DNA of 64,000 nucleotides from Blastocatellia bacterium (GTDB taxonomy: Bacteria > Acidobacteriota > Blastocatellia > UBA7656), in assembly GCA_035293105.1 (NCBI GenBank), contig DATDOV010000066.1, positions 97,967 to 161,966 on the forward strand, in the 5' to 3' direction. The stretch's first letter is position 1; every line of letters starts with the position of its first letter. The position numbers and the translations under genes are program-made. The notes beneath the pieces are model-generated. The model was not told the DNA's origin, did no database searches, and saw only the letters and a list, made by a program, of their open reading frames with translations. This document shows, piece by piece, positions 1 to 8,274 of the stretch.

Positions 1-86
1 CTGACAACGCTATCAAGCAGGCTGGGCATGCTGTTGGTGGCACGTACGATCAGGGGTCGCCGACTTTTGCCACAACCGTTCCGCCA

Positions 87-431
87 TTGGATTCTAAGGA
101 GTCTGAGGCTTTAACAAGGAGGTATAGGGATGCTTATTTGGTGGCTAGGGCAACAATATTGATTGCAAGAGTGATAAAGATGATCGGCATATTCCTAATA
201 GTCCTGGCCGTTGTCGGCGGTATAGCCGCTGGGGCAGTCGGTCAATCCAACTTGGATTCGAGGGTATTCTTGGCGCTTGCGATTCTGATTGCTTTGCTGG
301 GATTAGTATTCTATTGTGTCGGCATCATCGTTGCGGCTCTGGGGCAGATTCTCCTTGCGACTCTCGATAGCGCCGTCAACTCCTCGCCGTTCTTAAACAA
401 TGGGCATAGAGCGAGAATAATGCACCTATGA
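87..431 (+). CDS. Small hydrophobic membrane protein, 114 aa with two predicted TM segments. The gene is more AT-rich than its surroundings.
   Basis: ORF with an AAGGAG-like motif at the start. Long hydrophobic stretches (IFLIVLAVVGGIAAGAV and LALAILIALLGLVFYCVGIIVAAL). No family recognised. Confidence 0.35.
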   Translation: MDSKESEALTRRYRDAYLVARATILIARVIKMIGIFLIVLAVVGGIAAGAVGQSNLDSRVFLALAILIALLGLVFYCVGIIVAALGQILLATLDSAVNSSPFLNNGHRARIMHL

Positions 432-513
432 CTATCGCTATTCCATTTTGTGAATCAACTGATGGCGCGCGGTAGTTGACCATCGGTGCTCATCCGTGGT
501 TCCAGTCTCTCAA

Positions 514-1527
514 CTATCGCAGAATGAACCCTTCCCTTAACGGATCGTCGGGCGCGATCACAAACACGTGGCGGCCGGTTATGTAAGCCCTGCCTTCCAC
601 CTCAGGTACGACCGCCGCATACTCGCCGAAACTCGTCGCGCGAACAACCCGACCCGTGAAACGCGCGCCGATCAAGCTCTCGATCACGAACGGCTGACCC
701 ACTTCTAACTTTCCCTTCGCGTGCTCGAGTGCGACGCGGCCGCTGACGCCCGTCCCGGTCGGCGAGCGATCGACCTCGCCCTCCGCGAAGATGCAGACGT
801 TCCGCGAGTGTGCGCCCTCGCTGTGAGGCTCTTCGTCGATGATCGTCCCGTACAAGAATCCTAAATCGGGTTCGAACGGGTGCCTTATTTCGAGCGCGGC
901 CATCACTGCGCGCTTGACCGCCATGCCGACTTCGATCAGCTTGCGAAAGTCTTCAGGAACAACTCGCACTCCGAGGTCTTCCGCTTTGCAATAAGCATAA
1001 AACGCGCCGCCGAAACCAACGTCGTAGCGGACCTCGCCGATGCCGGGGACGCTGACTGACTGATCGAGCCTATAAGCAAACGACGGCACGTTCTCGAAGG
1101 CCACGCTGCGGACTCGTTGGCCCTCGAAGTCGGCGCGAGCCGTGACGCGGCCGGCTGGCGTGTCGAGCCTGACCACTTCGCGCGGCGACAGCAGCCCGGT
1201 TTCGAGCAGCACGGTCACAAGCGCGATCACTCCGTGGCCGCACATCGTGCTGAAGCCTTCGTTGTGCATGAACAGCACGCCGAGATCGCCGTCTGATGTC
1301 ACGGGCTCGGTCACGATGCAGCCGTACATATCGGCGTGGCCGCGCGGCTCGAACATGAGCGAGCGGCGCAGGTGATCGAGGTGCTCACGGGCGTAGCGGC
1401 GCTTGGCGAGTATCGCATCGCCGGGTATCGGAGGAAGCCCGCCGGTGATCACACGCAGCGGTTCCCCGGCGGCATGTGCGTCGACGGTGGTTATTCGCGT
1501 CCAGTCGGACGGTGGAGTCCAGGTCAT
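514..1527 (-). CDS. Proline racemase family enzyme (4-hydroxyproline epimerase or trans-3-hydroxy-L-proline dehydratase class).
   Basis: The N-terminal DAHAAGEP motif and the MCGHG catalytic-Cys motif are typical of the proline racemase family. The ORF track starts at 1650, but family alignment favours the ATG at 1527 (MTWTPP...). Confidence 0.75.
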   Translation of the reverse strand: MTWTPPSDWTRITTVDAHAAGEPLRVITGGLPPIPGDAILAKRRYAREHLDHLRRSLMFEPRGHADMYGCIVTEPVTSDGDLGVLFMHNEGFSTMCGHGVIALVTVLLETGLLSPREVVRLDTPAGRVTARADFEGQRVRSVAFENVPSFAYRLDQSVSVPGIGEVRYDVGFGGAFYAYCKAEDLGVRVVPEDFRKLIEVGMAVKRAVMAALEIRHPFEPDLGFLYGTIIDEEPHSEGAHSRNVCIFAEGEVDRSPTGTGVSGRVALEHAKGKLEVGQPFVIESLIGARFTGRVVRATSFGEYAAVVPEVEGRAYITGRHVFVIAPDDPLREGFILR

Positions 1528-1781
1528 CGACCGGCAAGTGTACACTCCATCGCATCGAGTCGAAAGCGAGGCCGGAATTGGGTGTTGTCCTGACTCTGTG
1601 TTGTGGGTGTAACGGGAGGCGATTAACCGCCGAGCCGCCAAGAACGCCAAGGCAACGCCAAAATTCTCAACCTATTCTTGGTGGTGAGCTTGGCGTCCTT
1701 GGCGGCTTGGCGGTTTTCCCCCCAACAACCTCTTCGAAAAGGTTGTCAGCAAAGTGATGGATAACTCGCAGTTTCATGCGC

Positions 1782-3059
1782 TCACCCCTGCTTCTCAGGA
1801 ATCTTGAACCCGAGATAAGTACCCGCGCTGATGCCCTGTAATCCCAGCAGCGTCGCGCTGAATTCCGGCATAGACAAATCGTAGTAGACCGAAGACACGA
1901 ACATCACCCCCAGCACGAGCGTCCACACGAACATCTGGAAGCGGTGGAAGCAGACGCCGTTGGCATCGCTGAGGATGTCCTTCAGAAATCCCTTGGACGG
2001 CGGAGCAGGTTGGTTCTTGCTGACATCGACGACCGCCGCGCCGAGCGCCGTCCCCGATCCGATCCCGATCAAGGCCAGCACGCTTCCCGAGATCGTGTCC
2101 GAGGCGCCAGTTATCAGCCAGATGAGACAGTACGCGGAGACGACTACCAGGAACCAGAACGCCATCTGAAAGCGGGCGAGGCTGTAGGCTTTTGGCAGCG
2201 GCTGGCCGTTCTCGGCGACCGGTGGCGGACCCGCCGCGCGCAGGAGATCGCTCCTCCTCGCAAGCCTGATGAGCGAAAAGACGAGAACACCTATCGCAAT
2301 GAAGCCGGCGACGAACCAGCCTTTGTCGATGCGGACTAACAAGAAGCTGCGAACGGCTGTCGAAACAGGCGAGCCCTCCTGCAGACCTACGCTGATCTTC
2401 GAGGGGCGCAGGAAGAAGCCCGAGCCGAGCGGCGGCGCGCCTAGCAGGTCGGCCCACGCTTCGTTGTTGCCGCCGCTTCGGTGGAGGTGAAAGTGCAGCG
2501 TGCCCGCGTTCACGTCGACCGCCTCGGGAGCGATGCCGGTCATCTCTCGGCCGTCGATGAACAGCGCGAGCGGGCGCTCGATGCAGTTAGCCAGCGTCCT
2601 GTTGTCGTCATCGACGCAGCGAGACTGATTGACCAGACTCGCGAGTCCGTCCACTTTGACGATGATGATGTCATCGATCGCAGCGCTTGAGCGGTCCGTG
2701 TCGGCGGGGTCTTCGTGGCCGAACACGTAGACATCCCTGACGATCGTCGCGGTCGCCTGGGTTTTCGTTTGTGGGCCATTAGCCGTGCCCGGTTGCGTTG
2801 TTGCCTGGCTTGGCGGTTGGGCCGCAGGTGACTGTGTGCCGCCAACGCCCGCCGGCTGATTCGTGTGAGTCGCCTGAACGGTCGACGGACCACGAACGAC
2901 GCTGGGCAGAGAGGCAATCAACGTGCGCCCGTGAACAGCGCGCGCATCAGCTTCGGCAGCGGCGGCCAAAGCGCACAAGACCATTACCGCGGCCGCTGTA
3001 CACGTGGTGACGAGACGGGCCGTCTTCATCAAAGCGATCTTGATCCAAGCACTCCTCAT
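1782..3059 (-). CDS. Secreted and membrane-anchored hypothetical protein. It has a signal peptide, a Pro/Thr/Gln-rich low-complexity linker, a central domain and about 4 C-terminal TM helices.
   Basis: 425-aa ORF with an N-terminal hydrophobic signal, a TQPAGVGGTQSPAAQPPSQATTQPGTANGPQTKTQATAT linker and C-terminal hydrophobic segments. Confidence 0.5.
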   Translation of the reverse strand: MRSAWIKIALMKTARLVTTCTAAAVMVLCALAAAAEADARAVHGRTLIASLPSVVRGPSTVQATHTNQPAGVGGTQSPAAQPPSQATTQPGTANGPQTKTQATATIVRDVYVFGHEDPADTDRSSAAIDDIIIVKVDGLASLVNQSRCVDDDNRTLANCIERPLALFIDGREMTGIAPEAVDVNAGTLHFHLHRSGGNNEAWADLLGAPPLGSGFFLRPSKISVGLQEGSPVSTAVRSFLLVRIDKGWFVAGFIAIGVLVFSLIRLARRSDLLRAAGPPPVAENGQPLPKAYSLARFQMAFWFLVVVSAYCLIWLITGASDTISGSVLALIGIGSGTALGAAVVDVSKNQPAPPSKGFLKDILSDANGVCFHRFQMFVWTLVLGVMFVSSVYYDLSMPEFSATLLGLQGISAGTYLGFKIPEKQG

Positions 3060-3530
3060 TTGAGCGGTCCTCCTCTTTTGAACTGCTGTTGGAACTTCTC
3101 CTCAATGCTCAGATTCTGGTATGGTCTACCAGATTCGGAGACGATCTTCCAGCGCCGGCGTGAGCGAGGTGACAGATGTGAATGCCGCCCCCTGAAAACA
3201 CAATGCAAGCGAGAACCGGCAGCGCAGCGACAGGCCCGGAACGCTTGGGGCGCGGTCAAGCATGGGGCGGGACTTCGCCGCGTCGCGCGATGACTTCCAG
3301 GAGTAATGAGATGAGGCTGCCGGTCGACGCTCATGCTTTGATGTGGTACGTCGGCACGTCGATCAACATCACTTGCTCAGCCCGCCTCTCGTGCTGCCAT
3401 GACGATCCTTCCAATGATCTGCTCTTGAGCGCGGGCTCCATCTGGGGTATAGGCATTCAATGTTGGTGCTACGCCGGCGCCACACACGGCAATCTCCCGG
3501 CCGGCGGGTTGGGGTCGCTGGAGGATCAAC

Positions 3531-4403
3531 TTGAGAATATCAATCATCGGAGCAGGGCGAGTTGGCACGACGCTCGGCCGGCTCGCAAGACTCAACGGTT
3601 GTGAGATCGGAGACGTGGTATGCCGTTCTCGATCGTCCGCCGTGAACGCGGCTCGCTTCATCGGCGCCGGACGGCCCGCGTCGGCGGCGCGTGCGAAGCT
3701 GACTCGCGCCGACCTTCTTCTGATCGCAACGCCTGACAACGCAATCGCGGACGCCGTCGCGCTGATTCGTCGAAATGCGGCGGCAATCGGCTCGCCGATC
3801 GTTCTCCACACGAGCGGCGCACTTTCGAGCGACGTTCTCGGTCCACTGGCGCAACTGGGACTTGCGGTTGGATCCTGCCACCCGCTTCAGACATTCGAGA
3901 GCCCGTCGCGCGCGATTCGCCGCGTCGGTGGAAGCCACTTCTGTATCGAGGGCGACCGGCGCTCCCTTCGGGCTGCTCGGTTGTTGGTTCGCCGAATCGG
4001 GGCGCGGCACTTCACGATTCCGACCGAGGCCAAGGCGCTGTATCACGCCGCGGCCGTCCTGGCTTCGGGCGGGGTGGTCGCGTTGTTGAGCCTCAGCCTC
4101 GAGATGCTCTCCCTCTGCGGATTGAGCGAACGCGAAGCGAGACTGGTCTTGATGCCTCTCGTCGACGGCACAATCGCGAACGTCCGCACCCTCGGCCCGG
4201 CGCCCGCGCTGACCGGGCCGGTGCGGCGCGGAGACACCGATAGCATCGAGCGCAACATGCGAGCGGTAGCTGACGTTGATTCGCGATTGCTCGCGCTCTA
4301 TCGGCTTTTGGCTGAACGGGGTGCGGACCTGATGGAGCGCCAGGGTATGGACCGAGCCCACCTGACGAGACTGCGTCGGTTGCTGAAGAAGTTCCGCCCC
4401 TAA
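3531..4403 (+). CDS. Rossmann-fold NAD(P)-binding protein with a DUF2520-type C-terminal domain (ProC-like predicted oxidoreductase).
   Basis: TTG start preceded by GGAGG at 3521-3525. The N-terminal MRISIIGAGRVG dinucleotide-binding motif and overall length and layout match the DUF2520 family. Confidence 0.65.
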   Translation: MRISIIGAGRVGTTLGRLARLNGCEIGDVVCRSRSSAVNAARFIGAGRPASAARAKLTRADLLLIATPDNAIADAVALIRRNAAAIGSPIVLHTSGALSSDVLGPLAQLGLAVGSCHPLQTFESPSRAIRRVGGSHFCIEGDRRSLRAARLLVRRIGARHFTIPTEAKALYHAAAVLASGGVVALLSLSLEMLSLCGLSEREARLVLMPLVDGTIANVRTLGPAPALTGPVRRGDTDSIERNMRAVADVDSRLLALYRLLAERGADLMERQGMDRAHLTRLRRLLKKFRP

Positions 4404-4450
4404 GAGGCTGCTGAAAAAGCGATAACGGGCTTCCCCCAGAGGGTGGCGAC

Positions 4451-4477
4451 AATCCCACCAACTGCGTTGGTGGGATT
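4451..4477. repeat. Perfect 12-bp stem with a 3-nt loop (AATCCCACCAAC tgc GTTGGTGGGATT). It sits between two convergent 3' ends.
   Basis: Seen directly in the sequence. No downstream T-tract, so this is a REP-like or bidirectional structural element rather than a canonical intrinsic terminator. Confidence 0.5.
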
Positions 4478-4483
4478 GGGTGG

Positions 4484-5187
4484 CTACGGCCAGTCGCGGG
4501 CGGCGGCTTCGGCGGCTTCGAGTTCTTCCCGGCGGCGCCAGTAGCCGCACTGCTCGATGAGGGCGCGGGCGAGCTTCAACTCTTCTCGGTCGCGGAAGAG
4601 TCGGGCGCGGTGGAGGTGAACGTCGGCCATGTGAAGCCGCATCGGGCCGCGCTCGGCGATCTCCCAGGCTTCGTCGAGGTCTTCACGCGCGCCGTCCCGG
4701 TCGTTTTCGAGGAATCGCAACACGGCGCGGGACAGCAGGCCGCGAGGAACGTGATGCGTGGTGCCGGCACGGCGGAGACCGTCAACAGCGGCGGTGAGAT
4801 TGTCGCGCGCAGTTTGGAGCGCGGCCCCGTCTTGCACGTACGCCTCTTCGACATCATTGCTGCTGCGGCTGTCGATCGTGGCGCCTCGTTGCGCATCTTG
4901 CCGAGATCGACCGATTCTTCCGCGACGGGGACGATGTTGCAGCCCTCTTCAACGGCAGTCTCGAACTCGCGGCGCACCCAGTCCCCTTCGTCCGCGCAGC
5001 GATCCAACGCACCCGGCGGGGTGCGATGTTTATAGCGGTCGTCGAAGTGGTTCGCGCGCGCCCCAGCGGGGTGCAATGTCCGAGCGCCTACCGAGCATAG
5101 CCTTGAAATGACATCCGAGATTCTCTTCCAACGACGCATTGCACCCCGCTGGGGTGCGGATCGAATCACTCCCCATACTAGAAACAT
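4484..5187 (-). pseudogene. Remnant of a TIR-like plus TPR-like gene, split over two reading frames and truncated at the N-terminus.
   Basis: Frame A (about 4870-5060) encodes DEGDWVRREFETAVEEGCNIVPV, which resembles the C-terminal SxWCxxEl...iiPV motif region of bacterial TIR domains. Frame B (4484-4837) encodes helical repeat-like sequence. There is no intact N-terminal TIR core, and the 5' part overlaps the GC hairpin repeats. Confidence 0.3.
5009..5159. repeat. Cluster of three related GC hairpin repeats (GCACCCGGCGGGGTGC; CGCCCCAGCGGGGTGCAATG; CATTGCACCCCGCTGGGGTGCG). The last two form a 20-bp inverted repeat separated by about 58 bp.
   Basis: Direct reading: 5059-5078 is the exact reverse complement of 5137-5156, and a variant copy lies at 5009-5024. 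Confidence 0.55.
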
Positions 5188-5361
5188 TCCGCCCCCCTAG
5201 GGTGGAAACGTGGCGCCGAATTTTTTCTCATCTTCGTCAGTCGGCGGTATTCGCGTACCACTTTCACCCGAACAAACCTGTCAGCGTCTTCTCCCCTTGA
5301 TGTGACTCCGGCCGGATACTACTATGTGCGTCTCGTACATTTGATCCGGTAGGACGGACAT

Positions 5362-6339
5362 ATGCCGCACGTTAATACTGTAAAGGGACCTATTGATACC
5401 GCACAGCTCGGCGCGACGCTCATGCACGAACACGTGTTCGTCCTCGCGACCGAGATACTTCAAAACTACCCAGCCGAGTGGGGCGATGAAGAACAACGCA
5501 TCGCCGACGCTGTCGCGCGATTGAACGAGCTTAAGAGCCGCGGCGTCGACTCGATCGTCGACCTCACCGTCATCGGACTCGGCCGCTACATCCCCCGAAT
5601 TCAGCGCGTCGCCGCCGAAACCGATATCAACATCATCGTCGCGACCGGCGTCTACACCTACAACGACGTGCCGATGTATTTTCACTTTCGCGGACCCGGC
5701 ACCACACTCGGCGGGCCGGAGTTGATGGCCGACATGTTCGTCAAGGACATCGAAGAAGGCATCGCCGGAACCAGCGTCCGGGCCGCGATCCTCAAGTGCG
5801 CGACCGACGAGCCGGGCGTGACCCCGGGCGTCGAGCGAGTCCTTCGCGCGACCGCTCAAGCGCACCGGCGGACGGGCGTGCCGATCTCGACCCACACTCA
5901 CGCTCATACGCGGCGCGGGCTCGAGCAGCAACGCATCTTTCAAGAAGAGGGCGTCGACCTCTCGCGAGTGATCATCGGACATTCGGGCGACACGACCGAC
6001 ATCGACTATCTCGAAGAGCTGATCTCGAACGGCTCGTACATCGGCATGGACCGGTTCGGCATCGACGTGCTGCTTGGCTTCGAAGACCGCGTGAATACCG
6101 TAGCCCGGATGTGCGAGCGCGGCCACGCCTCGAAGATGGTCCTCTCGCACGACGCGGCGTGCTTCAATCACTGGCTGCCCGAAGCGATGGTGCCGGTGCT
6201 GCTGCCGAGGTGGAACTTCCTCCACATCCACAACGACGTGATTCCGGCGTTGAAGTCGCGCGGCGTCACCAACGAGCAGATCACGACGATGCTTGTGGAC
6301 AATCCGCGAAAGATTTTTGAGAGGCAGGGGGCGTACTGA
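5362..6339 (+). CDS. Phosphotriesterase family protein (PTE or PLL-type metal-dependent lactonase/hydrolase).
   Basis: The N-terminal LMHEHV HxH metal-binding motif and TIM-barrel amidohydrolase-like conservation are present. Length 325 aa. Confidence 0.8.
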   Translation: MPHVNTVKGPIDTAQLGATLMHEHVFVLATEILQNYPAEWGDEEQRIADAVARLNELKSRGVDSIVDLTVIGLGRYIPRIQRVAAETDINIIVATGVYTYNDVPMYFHFRGPGTTLGGPELMADMFVKDIEEGIAGTSVRAAILKCATDEPGVTPGVERVLRATAQAHRRTGVPISTHTHAHTRRGLEQQRIFQEEGVDLSRVIIGHSGDTTDIDYLEELISNGSYIGMDRFGIDVLLGFEDRVNTVARMCERGHASKMVLSHDAACFNHWLPEAMVPVLLPRWNFLHIHNDVIPALKSRGVTNEQITTMLVDNPRKIFERQGAY

Positions 6340-7841
6340 TGATCAAGCCGTTTGATCAATCCGGCATCACTCGTGGCGCGGACGGCGTAGCCCACTACGA
6401 CAATCGTCCGAACTCGCTGATCGAGATGCTCCGAGCGACGGTCGACAAGACTCCCGACAAAGAAGCGATCGTCGAGTTGGGCGGAGAGCGCGTGAGCTAC
6501 GAACAACTGTGGGACCGTTCGGCGCGCGTCGCAGGGGGGCTTGCGGCGCTCGGAGTCAATCGAGGTGATCGCGTGGCGATTCGGCTGGGAAACGGGCTCG
6601 ACTGGTGCGTCGCGTTTTTCGGCGGGTTGATGGCGGGCGCGGTCGTCGTTCCCGTCAACACGCGGTTCTCTGAGTCTGAAGTCGACTATGTGGTGACCGA
6701 TTCGGGCTCGCGGTTCACCTTCATGCCGGGCGAGCCGTTACCCGATGGCTCGCCGCTGGTCGTCGAAGACCTGTCGCGCGATGATCTCGCCGCAATCTTC
6801 TACACGAGCGGCACTACCGGTTTCCCGAAGGGCGCGATGATGACCCACGAAAACTTCCTGTCTAACACGGAGACCTGCCGTCGCGTCGTGAATCTCCCCA
6901 CCGACGGCCGGGTGAGGAACCTCGTGTCCGTGCCGCTGTTCCACGTAACGGGCTGCAACAGCCAGCTTCTGCCGACGTGTGAAACCGGAGATACGCTGGT
7001 CATCATGCCTGCGTTCGAAGTTCAGGCGTTCCTGAGCGCGATCCGCGATGAACGCATCAACCTGCTGACCTCGGTCCCGGCGGTCTACTGGCTGGCGATC
7101 AATCAGCCGAACTTTGCGGAGCTGGACACATCGGAGATCGGCTGGGTGAGCTATGGCGGCGCGCCGATCGCTCCGGAGCTTGTGGCGCGAATCATGGAGG
7201 CGTTTCCAAACGCGCGGTTGGGCAATGGCTTCGGTTTAACCGAGACCTCTTCGGTCGCGACGTTTCTTCCGCACGAGTACGCGCGCACGCGGCCGGAGTC
7301 GGTCGGGTTCGCCGCGCCGGTAGTCGATCTCGATTTGTTCGAGCCTGACCCGAGGACCGGCGCCGGCGAGTTGCTGGCGCGCGGCCCGAACGTGGTGAAG
7401 GGTTATTGGAACAAACCGGAGGCGACGGCGGAGACGTTTGTGAACGGCTGGCTTCACACGGGCGACATGGCCCGCATCGATGAGGACGGCTTCGTGCAGA
7501 TTGTGGATCGGATCAAGGACATGATCTGTCGGGGAGGAGAGAACGTCTACTGCGTCGAAGTCGAGAACGTGCTGGCCGCTCACCCGGCTGTGTTTGAAGT
7601 CGCGGTGCTCGGCGTGCCTGACGCGATGATGGGCGAGAAGGTGGGCGCGGTGATAGTGCCGCGTCCGGGCAAGGAGGCCGAGCCGACGGATATTCTGGCG
7701 TTCGCGCGCGAGCATCTGGCTGACTTCAAGGTCCCGCAGTACGTGGTGATCCGCTCGGAGCCGATTCCGCGCAACCCGGGTGGGAAGATGTTGAAGCCGA
7801 GATTGAGAAAAGAAGTTGAGTGGGGCAAACCGGTGCGGTGA
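6339..7841 (+). CDS. AMP-dependent synthetase/ligase (acyl-CoA synthetase).
   Basis: The YTSGTTGFPKGAMMTHENF AMP-binding signature is present, followed by a typical C-terminal GEKV...PRNPGGKMLK region. The start overlaps the upstream stop (TGATG). Confidence 0.85.
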   Translation: MIKPFDQSGITRGADGVAHYDNRPNSLIEMLRATVDKTPDKEAIVELGGERVSYEQLWDRSARVAGGLAALGVNRGDRVAIRLGNGLDWCVAFFGGLMAGAVVVPVNTRFSESEVDYVVTDSGSRFTFMPGEPLPDGSPLVVEDLSRDDLAAIFYTSGTTGFPKGAMMTHENFLSNTETCRRVVNLPTDGRVRNLVSVPLFHVTGCNSQLLPTCETGDTLVIMPAFEVQAFLSAIRDERINLLTSVPAVYWLAINQPNFAELDTSEIGWVSYGGAPIAPELVARIMEAFPNARLGNGFGLTETSSVATFLPHEYARTRPESVGFAAPVVDLDLFEPDPRTGAGELLARGPNVVKGYWNKPEATAETFVNGWLHTGDMARIDEDGFVQIVDRIKDMICRGGENVYCVEVENVLAAHPAVFEVAVLGVPDAMMGEKVGAVIVPRPGKEAEPTDILAFAREHLADFKVPQYVVIRSEPIPRNPGGKMLKPRLRKEVEWGKPVR

Positions 7842-8027
7842 ATGGCGTCGAGTATCTCCGTCGCACAACGTTTGGCTCGTGTCCTAATTTGAAGTCTTGC
7901 CCATAGCGGACTTTTGGTTGCGTTTTAAACGCGTGTTGCTCGCAGGCGCGAACGTGATAAGATGTGGCCCTACGCGCCGTAGCAACTTCCCGGCACGGAC
8001 ATGGAGTTAGATAAGCGGAAACCCTCT

Positions 8028-8056
8028 TTGCAAGCTGAACGAAGCATGCTATATAT
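8028..8056 (+). promoter_or_regulatory. Candidate sigma70-like promoter (TTGCAA, 16-nt spacer, TATATA) in the AT-rich leader of the island.
   Basis: Hexamers read directly from the sequence. The position is about 220 bp upstream of the 8275 ORF. Confidence 0.3.
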
Positions 8057-8274
8057 GGAATCAAATCTCGCACAGAGTAACGTCAAAGTATGCGTGTGCC
8101 TCTTTTGCTCAGTTCCGCCTGGGCTTGCGCTAGGCTCCGGCGTTCACCGCACCTCTGCGGAATTCTGAGCGATTCACGCTCATTTCGCCGGCGCTAGCAG
8201 CCCAACGAAGGTTCACAATTCGTTGCAAGCGCGGCAGGCAAGAAGTAAGGCCCGTCGACGAATCAGTAATCACC

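Noticed and set aside
1641-1725. Imperfect inverted repeat (CGCCAAGGCAACGCCAA ... TTGGCGTCCTTGGCGGCTTGGCGG) between the proline racemase gene and the downstream membrane-protein gene.
   Set aside because: The stem is imperfect and there is no U-tract in the correct orientation for the minus-strand genes. It could be a weak terminator or attenuator, but the evidence is not enough to call it.
3540-4550. 336-aa ORF antisense to the DUF2520 gene.
   Set aside because: It is Arg/Ser/Pro-rich low-complexity sequence, typical of spurious open frames on the opposite strand of high-GC genes. The sense strand has a clear Rossmann motif and ribosome-binding site.
5281-6231. 316-aa ORF antisense to the phosphotriesterase-like gene.
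   Set aside because: Same antisense high-GC artefact. The sense strand has HxH motifs.
7842-8274. Looked for a tRNA or integrase attachment site at the island boundary.
   Set aside because: I found no cloverleaf-compatible sequence, no GGTTCGA-type T-loop and no obvious flanking direct repeat by eye. A tRNAscan or Infernal run would be needed to exclude one.
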